From positions 10,306 through 74,305 of the forward strand of contig DATJSJ010000231.1 in NCBI GenBank assembly GCA_035504175.1: a stretch of DNA of 64,000 nucleotides. The letters run 5' to 3'. This stretch comes from Acetobacteraceae bacterium (GTDB taxonomy: Bacteria; Pseudomonadota; Alphaproteobacteria; Acetobacterales; Acetobacteraceae). Position 1 is the stretch's first letter. Each line of letters opens with the position of its first letter. The position numbers and the translations under genes were made by a program. The notes beneath the pieces were generated by a model. The model had not been told where the DNA came from and did not search any database. It saw only the letters and a program-made list of their open reading frames with translations. Below are positions 1 to 9,106 of this stretch, piece by piece.

Positions 1-578
1 GCCGTCACCGTTTCGTGCCGGGGCGAATGCTCCGTCCGCGGCGCGGTGTGCGTCGCCACCACCACCGGCCGCGCCGGTGCGGTCTGCGCCGCGACCACGG
101 GCGGCGGGGACGGCGCTGCCGCGGGCGGTGTCGTGCCCGGCCCGCCATCGGCCGTCCGCACCGGCGCCTGGTGCGTATCGGCGGAGTTCGTGGCGTCGCC
201 GGCGGCGGCGGGCAGACCCACCACCGGTGGCGCCGCCTGCGCCATCGGGATGCCGGCTGGCGGCTCGACGACGGGCTTGGGCCCAGGCAGCTCGGGCGGC
301 GGCAGATGCTGGTCGAGATCCGCCATGCGCACGAATTGCGCCGGCTTCAGCGGCTGCAACGACAGGTATTGCGCCGCCAGGTCGCGCAGCCGCTCCGGCC
401 GGTTCAGCAGCGCCCATTCCGCGCGCAGCATCTCGATCCGCTGATGCGTCTGCGCCGTCGCCCGCACCAGGTCCGCGATGCGGTCCTCCAACATGTGGGT
501 GCGATGCTTGACATGGTACAGGTAGAGCCCCGAGGCGCCGGCCAGCAGCATGCAGACGCAGGTGAACGGGCGGATCAT
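1..578 (-). CDS. ftsL: FtsL-like cell-division membrane protein, partial (3' end runs off the window start)
   Basis: Hand translation from the ATG at 576-578. It is absent from the ORF track because there is no stop in the window. Sequence: [68 protein letters not shown]..., one N-terminal TM helix, a coiled segment, then a Pro/Ala-rich tail. The start overlaps the rsmH stop (ATGA at 575-578). The order mraZ-rsmH-ftsL is the standard dcw order. Confidence 0.6.
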   Translation of the reverse strand, partial: MIRPFTCVCMLLAGASGLYLYHVKHRTHMLEDRIADLVRATAQTHQRIEMLRAEWALLNRPERLRDLAAQYLSLQPLKPAQFVRMADLDQHLPPPELPGPKPVVEPPAGIPMAQAAPPVVGLPAAAGDATNSADTHQAPVRTADGGPGTTPPAAAPSPPPVVAAQTAPARPVVVATHTAPRTEHSPRHETVT

Positions 579-1573
579 GGCCGGCGCAGCTCCTCTCGGT
601 CGGCGGCCAGGCGCGGCGCGGCCTGGCCCGTTGCGGCGTCATGGCGGGCGATGGCGCGCAGCCGGGCGCTGCGCGCGCGGGGATTGGTCTCCGTTTCGGC
701 CGGGCCCGGCCGCAGCGCCCGCGGCGTCAGCAGGCGGAAGCCGGCCGCCGGGCGCTCGACCAGGCCGCGCGGATCGTGGCGCGACGGCGCGGGCGCCCGG
801 CCCGCCGCCTCGGCCATGAAGCGCTTGACCAGCCGGTCCTCGAGCGAATGGAACGCGACCACCACCAGCCGGCCACCGGGAGCCAGCAGCGAAGCGGCGC
901 CGGCGAGCGCGCGCTCGATCTCGCCGAGCTCGTCGTTCACCCGGATGCGCAGCGCCTGGAAGCTGCGCGTCGCCGGGTCGATCGCGGGTCCGCCCCGCTC
1001 GGGTCGCGTCGGCGGCAGCACGCCGCGGATGATCGACGCGAGCTGCCCGGTCGTCGCGATCGGCGCCGCGGCGCGGGCGGCGACGATCGCGCGGGCGATG
1101 CGACGCGAGGCGCGTTCCTCGCCGAAGGCGTAGAGCGTGTCGGCGAGCTCGGCCTCCGGCAGGGCGTTGACCAGATCGGCGGCGGTCGGCCCGTCGCGCC
1201 CCATGCGCATGTCGAGCGGCCCGTCGGCGCGGAAGCTGAAGCCACGCGCCGGGTCGTCGAGCTGGAAGGACGAGACGCCGAGATCCAGCACGACGCCGTC
1301 GAGCGCCTGCACGCCGTGCGCGGCGAGCAGCGCCACCATTTCGCCGAACCGTCCCTCGACCAGGTGCAGCCGGCCGGGATGGCGGGCGGCCAGCGCCGCG
1401 CCGCGGGCGATCGCCTCGGGGTCGCGATCGATCGCCCAGAGCGTGCAGGCGGCGCGGTCGAGCACCGCGGCCGCGTAGCCGCCGCCGCCGAACGTGCCGT
1501 CGAGATAGATGCCGCCGTCGCGCGGCGCGAGCAGGTCCAGCACCTCCGCCAGCATCACCGGTACGTGGGTCAT
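575..1573 (-). CDS. rsmH: 16S rRNA (cytosine1402-N4)-methyltransferase RsmH
   Basis: The internal ATG at 1573 of ORF 575..2227 gives [38 protein letters not shown]...[13 protein letters not shown], the typical MraW/RsmH SAM-binding and C-terminal motifs. It overlaps the mraZ stop by 4 nt. Confidence 0.95.
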   Translation of the reverse strand: MTHVPVMLAEVLDLLAPRDGGIYLDGTFGGGGYAAAVLDRAACTLWAIDRDPEAIARGAALAARHPGRLHLVEGRFGEMVALLAAHGVQALDGVVLDLGVSSFQLDDPARGFSFRADGPLDMRMGRDGPTAADLVNALPEAELADTLYAFGEERASRRIARAIVAARAAAPIATTGQLASIIRGVLPPTRPERGGPAIDPATRSFQALRIRVNDELGEIERALAGAASLLAPGGRLVVVAFHSLEDRLVKRFMAEAAGRAPAPSRHDPRGLVERPAAGFRLLTPRALRPGPAETETNPRARSARLRAIARHDAATGQAAPRLAADREELRRP

Positions 1574-2067
1574 GCGCCGCGCTCCCCGCCGGCCTGGGGC
1601 CGCGGCGCCAGGCCGGGCACGGTCAGGCCGCGGCTGCGCGTGCCCTCGCGTGCCTCGTCGCGGCGCCGCTCCGCGGCCGCCGGTTCCCAGATCTGGAAGA
1701 TTTGGCCCATGCCCAGGAACGCCACGCCGTCGGTCAGCCTGGCGTGTGCAACGAGTGCACTCGGCAGGACGATGCGGCCTTCCTTGTCCGGCTCCACCGG
1801 ATAGGCGTCGGCATAGAGCGTGACCCCCAAATCCTCTCGGTCCTGGCTGAACAGGTCTAGCCGCTCGAGCGGAGTCGTCAGCGCCTGGAAAACCACGAAC
1901 GGCCATCCCTCGATGCACGGCCGGTTGTGCGCCGGGCGCAGAATGACGCTGCCGCCGCTCTCGGCGCCGTTCGCCAGGGCCCGGAGGCTGGCGCGGAACA
2001 GGGCAGGGACGGAGACGCGGCCCTTGGCGTCCAGCCGATTCAGGTGGGTGCCAAGGAAATAGCTCAT
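1570..2067 (-). CDS. mraZ: Transcriptional regulator MraZ
   Basis: 165 aa, [25 protein letters not shown]... with a duplicated SpoVT/AbrB-like MraZ repeat (second copy [14 protein letters not shown]). It is the first gene of the dcw operon. Confidence 0.95.
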   Translation of the reverse strand: MSYFLGTHLNRLDAKGRVSVPALFRASLRALANGAESGGSVILRPAHNRPCIEGWPFVVFQALTTPLERLDLFSQDREDLGVTLYADAYPVEPDKEGRIVLPSALVAHARLTDGVAFLGMGQIFQIWEPAAAERRRDEAREGTRSRGLTVPGLAPRPQAGGERGA

Positions 2068-2206
2068 CCGGCCGCTCGATCCCTCCTGCTCGCGGCGCGC
2101 GGGAGGCTCTGGCCCCCCTCGACAAATGCGACAGCGGCGGGCCCGGAGCGGGCCCGCGGCCTCTTGGTCCCGCGCAGCGGTTCCCCCCCGAACCCGGGAT
2201 CGCCCT

Positions 2207-2246
2207 TGGGATATCTTGGGATAGCATGGGATTTCGTGGTCGTCAA
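2207..2246 (-). promoter_or_regulatory. Candidate mraZ promoter with three 10-bp-phased TGGGAT direct repeats (putative MraZ operator)
   Basis: TGGGAT occurs at 2207-2212, 2217-2222 and 2227-2232, an exact 10-nt period. On the mraZ strand the region reads TTGACG (2246-2241), 17 nt, TATCCC (2223-2218), so the repeats overlap the spacer, the -10 element and the start region. Confidence 0.5.
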
Positions 2247-2493
2247 AGGGAAACGCCTGAAATTACTGCCGTGAACACAGCGTTTTTCTTGCCGAGTCAG
2301 GGCGTTAGCTGGGCTCGCGGAGGCTCGTCTGGCGACCGCCCAAACGACCGAAGTATTCACGTTTTGTTCTTGTGGATGATCCGGTGGATTAAGTGTCCGT
2401 GCGGCCGCGTGCCGCCCGCGTGACGGGGCGGCGCGGCGGCGAGGGCGCGTGCGCGCGGCTCTGCCTGCGCGGAACCGGCATCCGGGAGCGCCG

Positions 2494-2912
2494 GCGCCAG
2501 ACGGCCTGTAAGCCGGGTTCTGTCCGCGCCTCGCGGCGCGGGACGGCCATTCCTCTGGGACGCGGATCGCTCCGCGCCTCGCGCGACCAACCCGGGCGGC
2601 GGGACGGGAATGCCCCTGCGGTCATCCCCACGCCTGCGCGCGGGCCGCCGGCCGCCCCTACTCGGTCTTGCTCCCGGTGGGGTTTACCCTGCCGCCGCCG
2701 TTACCGGCGGCGCGGTGCGCTCTTGCCGCACCGTTTCACCCTTGCCGGCCGGGCTCGCGGTCGCCCGCGCGGCCGGCGGTTTGTTTTCTGTGGCACTGTC
2801 CCTGGGGTCGCCCCCGCCGGCCGTTAGCCGGCACCGTATTCCCGTGGAGCCCGGACTTTCCTCCAACCCGGGGCTTGCCCCCGGATCGGCGGCCGTCCGG
2901 CCGTCTGGCGGC
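2494..2912 (-). ncRNA. rnpB: RNase P RNA, bacterial type A
   Basis: The reverse complement carries the universal motifs GGAGGAAAGUCCGGGCUCCA (plus-strand 2845-2863), GGUGCCGGCUAACGGCCGG, CAGUGCCACAGAAAACAAACCGCC, GGUGAAACGGUGCGGCAAGAGCGCACCGC, GGGUAAACCCCACCGGGAGCAAGACCGAGUAGGGG and ACAGAACCCGGCUUACAGGCC. The P1 helix pairs GCCAGACGGCC (5' end, about 2910) with GGCCGUCUGGCG (3' end, about 2494). The ends are approximate. Confidence 0.9.
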
Positions 2913-2955
2913 GGCAGAGATGCGCGCCCCCGCCAGGCCCGTCAATGCGGCCGCA

Positions 2956-3690
2956 TCACCGCCCCTCGGCCAGCGCCGCGACGGCGGCGATGCGTGCCCG
3001 GGTACCGGCATCGGCCTGGCCGTTCACCGTCTCCGGCCGCCAATGCCGCTGAAACGCGCGCAGCACTGTCGCGAGCGCCGGATCGAGCGCACCCTCCGGC
3101 GCAACGCGATAGCCGATCACCGCCAGGGCGGCGCGCACCGCGCGCAGCCCGGCCGCATCGCGCAGCGCCTCTGCCGTGCCGAGATCGGGCACGCCGTCCG
3201 GCCACAATCCGACGCCGTTGCGCGCCAGGCCTTCCCAGTCGAAGCGTTCGCCCGGATCCTCCTTGCGGTCGGGCGCGATGTCGCTGTGTGCGACGATGTT
3301 GCGCGCCGGCACGGCGTGGCGCGACAGGATTTCCAGGCAGAGATCGCAGACGCTGGCGAGCTGCAGCACCGGAAAGTCGCGATAGCCCCATTCATGCCCG
3401 GGATTGACGATCTCGATGCCGATCGAGCGGTCGTTGAGCGCGGTCATGCCCCGCCAGGTGGAGATGCCGGCATGGAAGGCGCGCTGCGCCTCCGGCACCA
3501 GCCGGAACGCGGTGCCGTCCTCGTCCACGACGTAATGCGACGAGACCCGCGCCGCCGGATCGCGCAGCCGGTCGAGCGCCGCCCGCGCACTCTGCATTCC
3601 CGTATAGTGCAGCACGATCATGTCGATCGACATGCCGTCCGGCCGCGCATCCTGGTTCGGCGAAGGCAGCTCGTGGATGTCGAGGATCAC
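2956..3690 (-). CDS. N-acetylmuramoyl-L-alanine amidase (amidase_2, AmpD/AmiD type) with C-terminal peptidoglycan-binding domain
   Basis: VILDIHELPSPNQDARPDGMSIDMIVLHYTGM...SSHYVVDEDG...AFHAGIS.W...NDRSIGIEIVNPGHE...NIVAHSDIAPDRKEDPGERFDW, then a PG_binding_1-like tail (LRAVRAALAVIGYRV...LATVLRAFQRHW). I chose the GTG at 3690 to avoid a 74-nt overlap with djlA. The ORF-track start is 3786. Confidence 0.85.
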   Translation of the reverse strand: MILDIHELPSPNQDARPDGMSIDMIVLHYTGMQSARAALDRLRDPAARVSSHYVVDEDGTAFRLVPEAQRAFHAGISTWRGMTALNDRSIGIEIVNPGHEWGYRDFPVLQLASVCDLCLEILSRHAVPARNIVAHSDIAPDRKEDPGERFDWEGLARNGVGLWPDGVPDLGTAEALRDAAGLRAVRAALAVIGYRVAPEGALDPALATVLRAFQRHWRPETVNGQADAGTRARIAAVAALAEGR

Positions 3691-3712
3691 GGCGCGGCGG
3701 CGGCCGCTTGCG

Positions 3713-4507
3713 TCACAGTCCGCGCTCCCGCTTGATCCGGTCCCAGGCGGCGTTGATGCGCGCGACCTTCTCGCCGGCGCGGGCAATGAATTCCGCCGGC
3801 ACGCCGCGCGCCGCCAGGCTGTCCGGATGGTTCTCCCGCATCAGCTGCTTCCACGCCGCGCGCAGCTCCTCGCCGCTGGCGCTGCTGGCGATGCCGAGCA
3901 CCGCATACGGATCTTCCTCCGTCGCCTGCTGGAACCGGCTGCTGCCGCCGCGGGCGCGCTCCCAGGCGGCAGGGGCGAGACCGAACCCATGATGCACGCG
4001 GCGGAGGTATTCTTCCTCGCGCAGATTGAGCGGCCCGTCGGCGCGGGCGATGCCGAACAGCGCGCCGAGCACATCCTCCAGCATGCCGCGATTGTCGAAA
4101 AACGCCTCGCCGAGCTGGTCGGCATAGGCCTCGAACCCGCTGACGCTCTCCCGCGCCTGGTCGAACAGCCGGCCGATGTCGTGCGCGGCCGCCGGCGGTA
4201 TCTGGAAATGCCGGCGGAAGGCGTCGATCTCCACCCGCTTCACCGGCCCGTCGCATTTCGCGAGCTTGGCCGACAGCACCACCACCGAGAGGGCGAAGAG
4301 CTGGTCGCGCCGGCCAAGCAGCGCGGCGATCCGTGCCGGTCCGAACGCGCCGGAGGAAAACCCGCCCCGGGCGAAGTTCTGCAGGCCGAAATCGGGCACG
4401 GCGCCCTGATCGGCGGCATGCCCGAGCGCCGCGCCGACCATCGCCCCGAACGGCCCGCCCATCGCGAATCCCGCGACGCCGCCGATCAGCTTGCCCCAAT
4501 AACCCAT
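3713..4507 (-). CDS. djlA: DjlA-type co-chaperone (N-terminal TM, TerB-like domain, C-terminal J domain)
   Basis: The N-terminus MGYWGKLIGGVAGFAMGGPFGAMVGAALGH resembles E. coli DjlA. The C-terminal J domain is EDPYAVLGIASSASGEELRAAWKQLMRENHPDSL (HPD motif). Confidence 0.85.
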   Translation of the reverse strand: MGYWGKLIGGVAGFAMGGPFGAMVGAALGHAADQGAVPDFGLQNFARGGFSSGAFGPARIAALLGRRDQLFALSVVVLSAKLAKCDGPVKRVEIDAFRRHFQIPPAAAHDIGRLFDQARESVSGFEAYADQLGEAFFDNRGMLEDVLGALFGIARADGPLNLREEEYLRRVHHGFGLAPAAWERARGGSSRFQQATEEDPYAVLGIASSASGEELRAAWKQLMRENHPDSLAARGVPAEFIARAGEKVARINAAWDRIKRERGL

Positions 4508-4719
4508 CCCTCGCCTCTACCATGCGAGGGTTGACGGCAGCAAAACGCGCGGCGCCGTCGACGGCTTGCCGCTGCGCGCGCCGCTTCGCATTCTGCGCCG
4601 ATGACAACCGTGAAGCGCTGATGCAGCGGCCAGGGAGGCCGGACGTGGCGGCACCGCGCTGTCCTCGAAGCGGGCGCGCCGTGCGCGCTCGACGCCGTCG
4701 AGCGCACCGCGAGCCCTCG

Positions 4720-4808
4720 CCACGGGGTTGCAACGCTGTCAAGGCCGAAGCCACGCTGCGCGCGGTGCAGCCGGAGGCCGCAGCCTTGACAGCGTTGCCA
4801 CCCCGTGG
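4720..4808. repeat. Long imperfect inverted repeat (26-bp arms, 1 mismatch, 37-nt loop)
   Basis: The left arm CCACGGGGTTGCAACGCTGTCAAGGC (4720-4745) is complementary to the right arm GCCTTGACAGCGTTGCCACCCCGTGG (4783-4808). It lies in the 456-nt djlA/asmA divergent intergenic region. Confidence 0.6.
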
Positions 4809-4963
4809 CCCCCGGCAATGGTCGCCTTCGACGGTGTCGAAGGCGCCAGGAGGCGCCATTCGCCGGGCCAACCGCTTGTCGGCAGACGGGGGTCGCGTCG
4901 CGACGCATCGCCGCCTCCGGCCGGCGCTGCTCAGATTCAGCCGCATTGCGGGCGGCGGCTGAG

Positions 4964-7873
4964 ATGCGCCTGCTTCGGACCGCACTGCTCGGCCTCGTGC
5001 TCCTGCTGCTGCTTGCCGTCGCCGCTGCCTGGGTGCTGCCGGGCATGCTCGACTGGAACGGCGACCGCATGCTGATCGCCGCCTATGCCGGCTCCGCCAT
5101 CGGCCGTCCGATCCGCATCGACGGGCCGATCACCCTGCACCTGTTCCCCGAGCCGGAACTGACCGCCGCCCGCATCTCGGTGGCCGGATCCGACGCCGGG
5201 CTCGGCCTCACCGCCCGCGAACTGCGGCTGCGCGTCGGGCTCGGCGCCCTGCTGCAGGGCCGCATCGACGCCCGCGCCCTGGTGTTGCAGTCGCCGGAAC
5301 TGCGCCTGCCCTGGCCGCTCGATTTCCGCCCCAGCCTGGCGCGCCCGCCCGGCTGGCTCGCCGGGCTGCACGCCCGCATCGAGGACGGACGGCTCGCCAT
5401 CGGCCGGGTCGTGCTGACCAACGTCGCCGGCGTCCTGTCGCGCAACGCCGATACCGGCACCCTCGCCGCGCGCGGCGTCGCCGAGGCCGCCGGTCGTCCC
5501 TGGCGGTTCAGCGTCCGTCTGTCAGAGCCCGGCGGCGACGGCACCGCCGCGCTCGATCTCGGCGTCGACGGCGATGGCCCGGTCGCCGGCACCCGCGTCA
5601 CCTTCTCCGGTCAGGTGGCGCGGGACGGCGCGCTGCAAGGCCAGGTGACCGGCGGCGGCGCGGATCTGGCGGCCCTGCTGCCGGGCCCCGCGGTGGCTTG
5701 GCGCGGCGAGGGCCGGCTCACCGCCTCCGGCGGCCTGGTCGCCGCGGACGAGCTCGCGCTGCGCATCGGTGCCTCGCCGGCGACCGGCGCGGTGGCGCTG
5801 CGCCTCTCCCCGGCGGTGCGCCTGGACGTGGCGCTCGCGGCGAGCCGGCTCGATCTCAATGCCTGGCTTCCGGCGCTGCTCGGCCAGAGCGCGCCGGCGC
5901 TGCCGACCGGCATCGACCTCTCCGCCGAGGCGGCAGACCTGCATGGCGCGCTGCTCGGGCGGCTGCGCGCCGCCTTCGACCTGCACCGCGATTCGGTCAC
6001 CCTGCGCGAAGCCTCGGCGACGCTGCCCGGCGACGCCGCGCTGCGTCTGACCGGCCGTATCGCCCGCGGTCGCGGCCCGCCGCGCTTCACCGGCACCGCG
6101 AGTCTGGCCGCGCCCGATCTGCACACCACATTGCACTGGCTCGCCGGATTCGGCCTTCGAGGCATCGACGCCGCCCCTGCCACGGCGCTGCGCAGCGCCG
6201 ACCTGACCGCGACCGTCACCGCCGCGGGCGGCCGCGTCAGCCTCACCGAGCTGCGTGGCACCCTCGACGCGGCACAGCTCTCCGGCGAACTCGCCTGGCA
6301 GAGCGGCGCGCGGCCGCTGGTCAAGGCGGAACTCTCGCTCGACCGGCTGCCGCTCGATCCCTGGCTGCCGGCATCGCCGCCCGCCCTGGCGGCGCTGGCC
6401 GCGGCGCCGCGCGGCTTCGATCTCGATCTCGACCTCGCGGCGCGACACGCCTCCTGGCAGGGCGAGGCGATCGACGGGCTTCACCTCGTGGCCACCGCCA
6501 CCGCAAGCGGCGGGCTGCACCTGCAACGCGGCGCGGCGACGCTGCGGGGCTGGACGATCACCGGCGCCGGCACCATCGCCTCGGGTGGCGTGGTCCGCGG
6601 CGCCGAACTCACCGCCACCGCGCCCGACGGGCAGGCCCTCGGCGCCTTGCTGCCGGAGGACTGGCGCGGCACGCCGGCCTTGTGGCGCGGCCCGGTCGCG
6701 CTGCACGCGACCGCGGACGGGCCGCCGAAGGCGCTGGACGTCGATCTCGGCCTCGATCTCGGCGACGCGAGGCTGGAAGCCCGGCCCCGTGTCGATCTGC
6801 CCGCCGGCACCTGGTCCGGGCCGCTGACGCTGCGCCATCCCGGCGCGTCGCGCCTGCTGCGCATGCTGGGGCTGGGCCAAGCCGACTGGATCGGCGAGGG
6901 CTCGCTCGCGCTCATCGCCGACGTGCACGGCGATGCCGCCGGCTGGACCGCCGATCGCTTCGACCTGACCGCCGGCGATCTGCGCGCCACCGGCGATCTC
7001 GCCTTCGCCGCGGGCCGTCGCACCCTCTCCGGCCACCTGCATGCCGAGCGCCTGCCGCTGCCATGGCCCGGCCTGCGATCGGCCGCGCCGATGCGGCTGC
7101 TCGACTGGCTCGGGCTGGCGCAGGGGTGGCAGGCGCGGCTGCAGGTCGATGCCGGCGAGGTGCTGCTGGGCGACGCGTCGGTGCTGCAGCAGGTGAGCGC
7201 CGCGGTGACGCTGCGGGACCGGTCGCTGCAGATCGACGAGCTGGCCGCCCGGTTGGGCGGCGGCACGCTGCACGGCGATCTCGCCCTGGACGTCGGCGCG
7301 GCGTCGCCGCAGTTCACCGCGAGTGCCGCCCTGAGCGGCGCGGTCGTCTCCGGACCGGTCCTCGACCTGCCGCTCGATCTGACCGACGGCCGGCTGGACG
7401 GCACGCTGCAGGTGCATGGCGACGGGCGCGCGCCCTCCGCCATCCTCGCGACGCTGGACGGCACGGTCGATGCAACGGCTGGCGAGGGGATGGTCTCGGG
7501 CTTCGACCTCGATCGCCTGCGGCGTGTGCTCTCCGCCGCGAAGGACGACGCGCTGCGGCCGACCGCCCAGGTGGCGGAAGCCGCCGCGGCGCTGCGCGGC
7601 GGCGACAGCGGCTTCGACACGCTCGCCCTGCACGGCACGATCCGCCACGGCGAGCTCACCCTCAGCGCCTCGCACATGCAGGGCAGCGAGGGCGGCGCGA
7701 CGCTCGATGGCAGCGCCGACCTGATCGGCGACGCGCTCGATCTGCGGCTGCAACTCCGCCCCGCCGTGTCGGGTGCGCCGGCGGTCGGGTTGCTGCTCGC
7801 CGGCCCCGCAGCGTCGCCCCGGCTGGTGCCGGAACTCGCCGGGCTGGCGCGCTGGCAGGCCTCGGCACACTGA
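4964..7873 (+). CDS. AsmA-family outer-membrane biogenesis protein
   Basis: The ATG at 4964 gives MRLLRTALLGLVLLLLLAVAAAWVLPGMLDWNGDRMLIAAYAGSAIGRPIRIDGPITLHLFPEPELTAARISV, an N-terminal anchor plus the AsmA N-domain. The rest is long, repetitive and beta-rich with an AsmA_2-like C-terminus. About 970 aa. Confidence 0.8.
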   Translation: MRLLRTALLGLVLLLLLAVAAAWVLPGMLDWNGDRMLIAAYAGSAIGRPIRIDGPITLHLFPEPELTAARISVAGSDAGLGLTARELRLRVGLGALLQGRIDARALVLQSPELRLPWPLDFRPSLARPPGWLAGLHARIEDGRLAIGRVVLTNVAGVLSRNADTGTLAARGVAEAAGRPWRFSVRLSEPGGDGTAALDLGVDGDGPVAGTRVTFSGQVARDGALQGQVTGGGADLAALLPGPAVAWRGEGRLTASGGLVAADELALRIGASPATGAVALRLSPAVRLDVALAASRLDLNAWLPALLGQSAPALPTGIDLSAEAADLHGALLGRLRAAFDLHRDSVTLREASATLPGDAALRLTGRIARGRGPPRFTGTASLAAPDLHTTLHWLAGFGLRGIDAAPATALRSADLTATVTAAGGRVSLTELRGTLDAAQLSGELAWQSGARPLVKAELSLDRLPLDPWLPASPPALAALAAAPRGFDLDLDLAARHASWQGEAIDGLHLVATATASGGLHLQRGAATLRGWTITGAGTIASGGVVRGAELTATAPDGQALGALLPEDWRGTPALWRGPVALHATADGPPKALDVDLGLDLGDARLEARPRVDLPAGTWSGPLTLRHPGASRLLRMLGLGQADWIGEGSLALIADVHGDAAGWTADRFDLTAGDLRATGDLAFAAGRRTLSGHLHAERLPLPWPGLRSAAPMRLLDWLGLAQGWQARLQVDAGEVLLGDASVLQQVSAAVTLRDRSLQIDELAARLGGGTLHGDLALDVGAASPQFTASAALSGAVVSGPVLDLPLDLTDGRLDGTLQVHGDGRAPSAILATLDGTVDATAGEGMVSGFDLDRLRRVLSAAKDDALRPTAQVAEAAAALRGGDSGFDTLALHGTIRHGELTLSASHMQGSEGGATLDGSADLIGDALDLRLQLRPAVSGAPAVGLLLAGPAASPRLVPELAGLARWQASAH

Positions 7874-7984
7874 CCCGCAGCCGGCGCCGCCGCGGTCGAC
7901 CGGGACCGCGCGCGACAGATCGCGGCCGGTATGGGATAGGGGCGGGATGGCACCGGGGGGAGGTGGGCAGCGGATGACGGCGGC

Positions 7985-9106
7985 ATGAGCGACACCGGCG
8001 CCGCCGCGCTGCGCGTCGCGCATCTGACGCCGGCCTATTTTGCCCCGGAATCCACGGTCGGCGGCGGTGAGCGCTATGTCTACTACCTCGCTCAGGCCTT
8101 GCGGCGCGTCGGCGGTTTCGAACAGCTGATCCTCGCCATGGGTCCGGCCGAGCGCAGCTTCCGGTTGGACGACATACCGGTGCGGGTGCTGTGCAACGAA
8201 TCGCCGGTGCCGAACGCGATGGCCGCCTGCACGAGCGAACTGTGGCAGGCGCTGCGCGGCATCGACCTCGTGCACATCCACCAGTCGCTCACCGTGTTCG
8301 GTGCCTATGCGACCGCAATCGCCCGCTCGCTCGGCATCCCGGCGATCGGCACCGATCTCGGCGGCGGCGAGAATGTGCTGATGCTCGCAGGAGGCGGACT
8401 CAGGCTGCTCGACGGCGTGGTGTCGATCTCCCGCTTCGCGCATGACCTGATCGCCGGCGCCTGTGACGGGCCGCACGCGGTGCTGGTCGGGCCGGTTGAC
8501 ACCGACCATTTCGCCCCGGCGCCGCAAGGCGCGCGCGACCGGCGACTTGTGCTGTGCGTCAGCCGCATCATGCCGCACAAGGGCATCGACCGGGTGATCG
8601 CGGCGCTGCCGGACGGCCTGCGGCTGATCGTCGCCGGACGCATCTATCACGAGCCCTACTACCGTCTGCTTCAGGACATGGCGCAGGGGAAGGACGTGCA
8701 GTTCGTGCACGATGCCGATGACGCGGCGCTGCTCGATCTGTATCGGCGGGCCGGGCTGTTCGTGCAGGCCTCGACCGCACGCGACATCTACGGCACGCCG
8801 ATCGTCAAGCCGGAGCTCATGGGGCTGACCACGCTCGAGGCGCTGGCCTGCGGCCTGCCGGCGGCGGTATCGGACACCGCCTCGCTGCCGGAGCTGGTGC
8901 CCGATCTGCGCTTCGGCCGGGTGTTCGCCGACGATGCCGATCTGGCGGCGATCCTGCTCGATGTCCGCCACGCGTTGTGGCCGGCGCCGGAGGCAGGCGC
9001 ATTGGCCCGCGCGCATGTGCTGCGACACCATGGCATGGCAGCGATCGGACAGGATCTCGCCGCGCTCTATCGCCAGGTGGTCGCGCGGCGGCGGGACGGC
9101 GCCTGA
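7985..9106 (+). CDS. Glycosyltransferase family 1 (GT4-type)
   Basis: RVAHLTPAYFAPESTVGGGERYVYYLAQAL at the N-terminus. The C-terminal GT-B motif is ...SRIMPHKGID...ELMGLTTLEALACGLPAAVSD. Confidence 0.85.
   Translation: MSDTGAAALRVAHLTPAYFAPESTVGGGERYVYYLAQALRRVGGFEQLILAMGPAERSFRLDDIPVRVLCNESPVPNAMAACTSELWQALRGIDLVHIHQSLTVFGAYATAIARSLGIPAIGTDLGGGENVLMLAGGGLRLLDGVVSISRFAHDLIAGACDGPHAVLVGPVDTDHFAPAPQGARDRRLVLCVSRIMPHKGIDRVIAALPDGLRLIVAGRIYHEPYYRLLQDMAQGKDVQFVHDADDAALLDLYRRAGLFVQASTARDIYGTPIVKPELMGLTTLEALACGLPAAVSDTASLPELVPDLRFGRVFADDADLAAILLDVRHALWPAPEAGALARAHVLRHHGMAAIGQDLAALYRQVVARRRDGA

Noticed and set aside
2226-2423. 65-aa plus-strand ORF in the A/T-richer patch between the mraZ operator and rnpB.
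   Set aside because: It overlaps the predicted mraZ promoter and leader, has no RBS, and ends just short of the rnpB 3' boundary (~2494). The lower GC content is better explained by promoter DNA.
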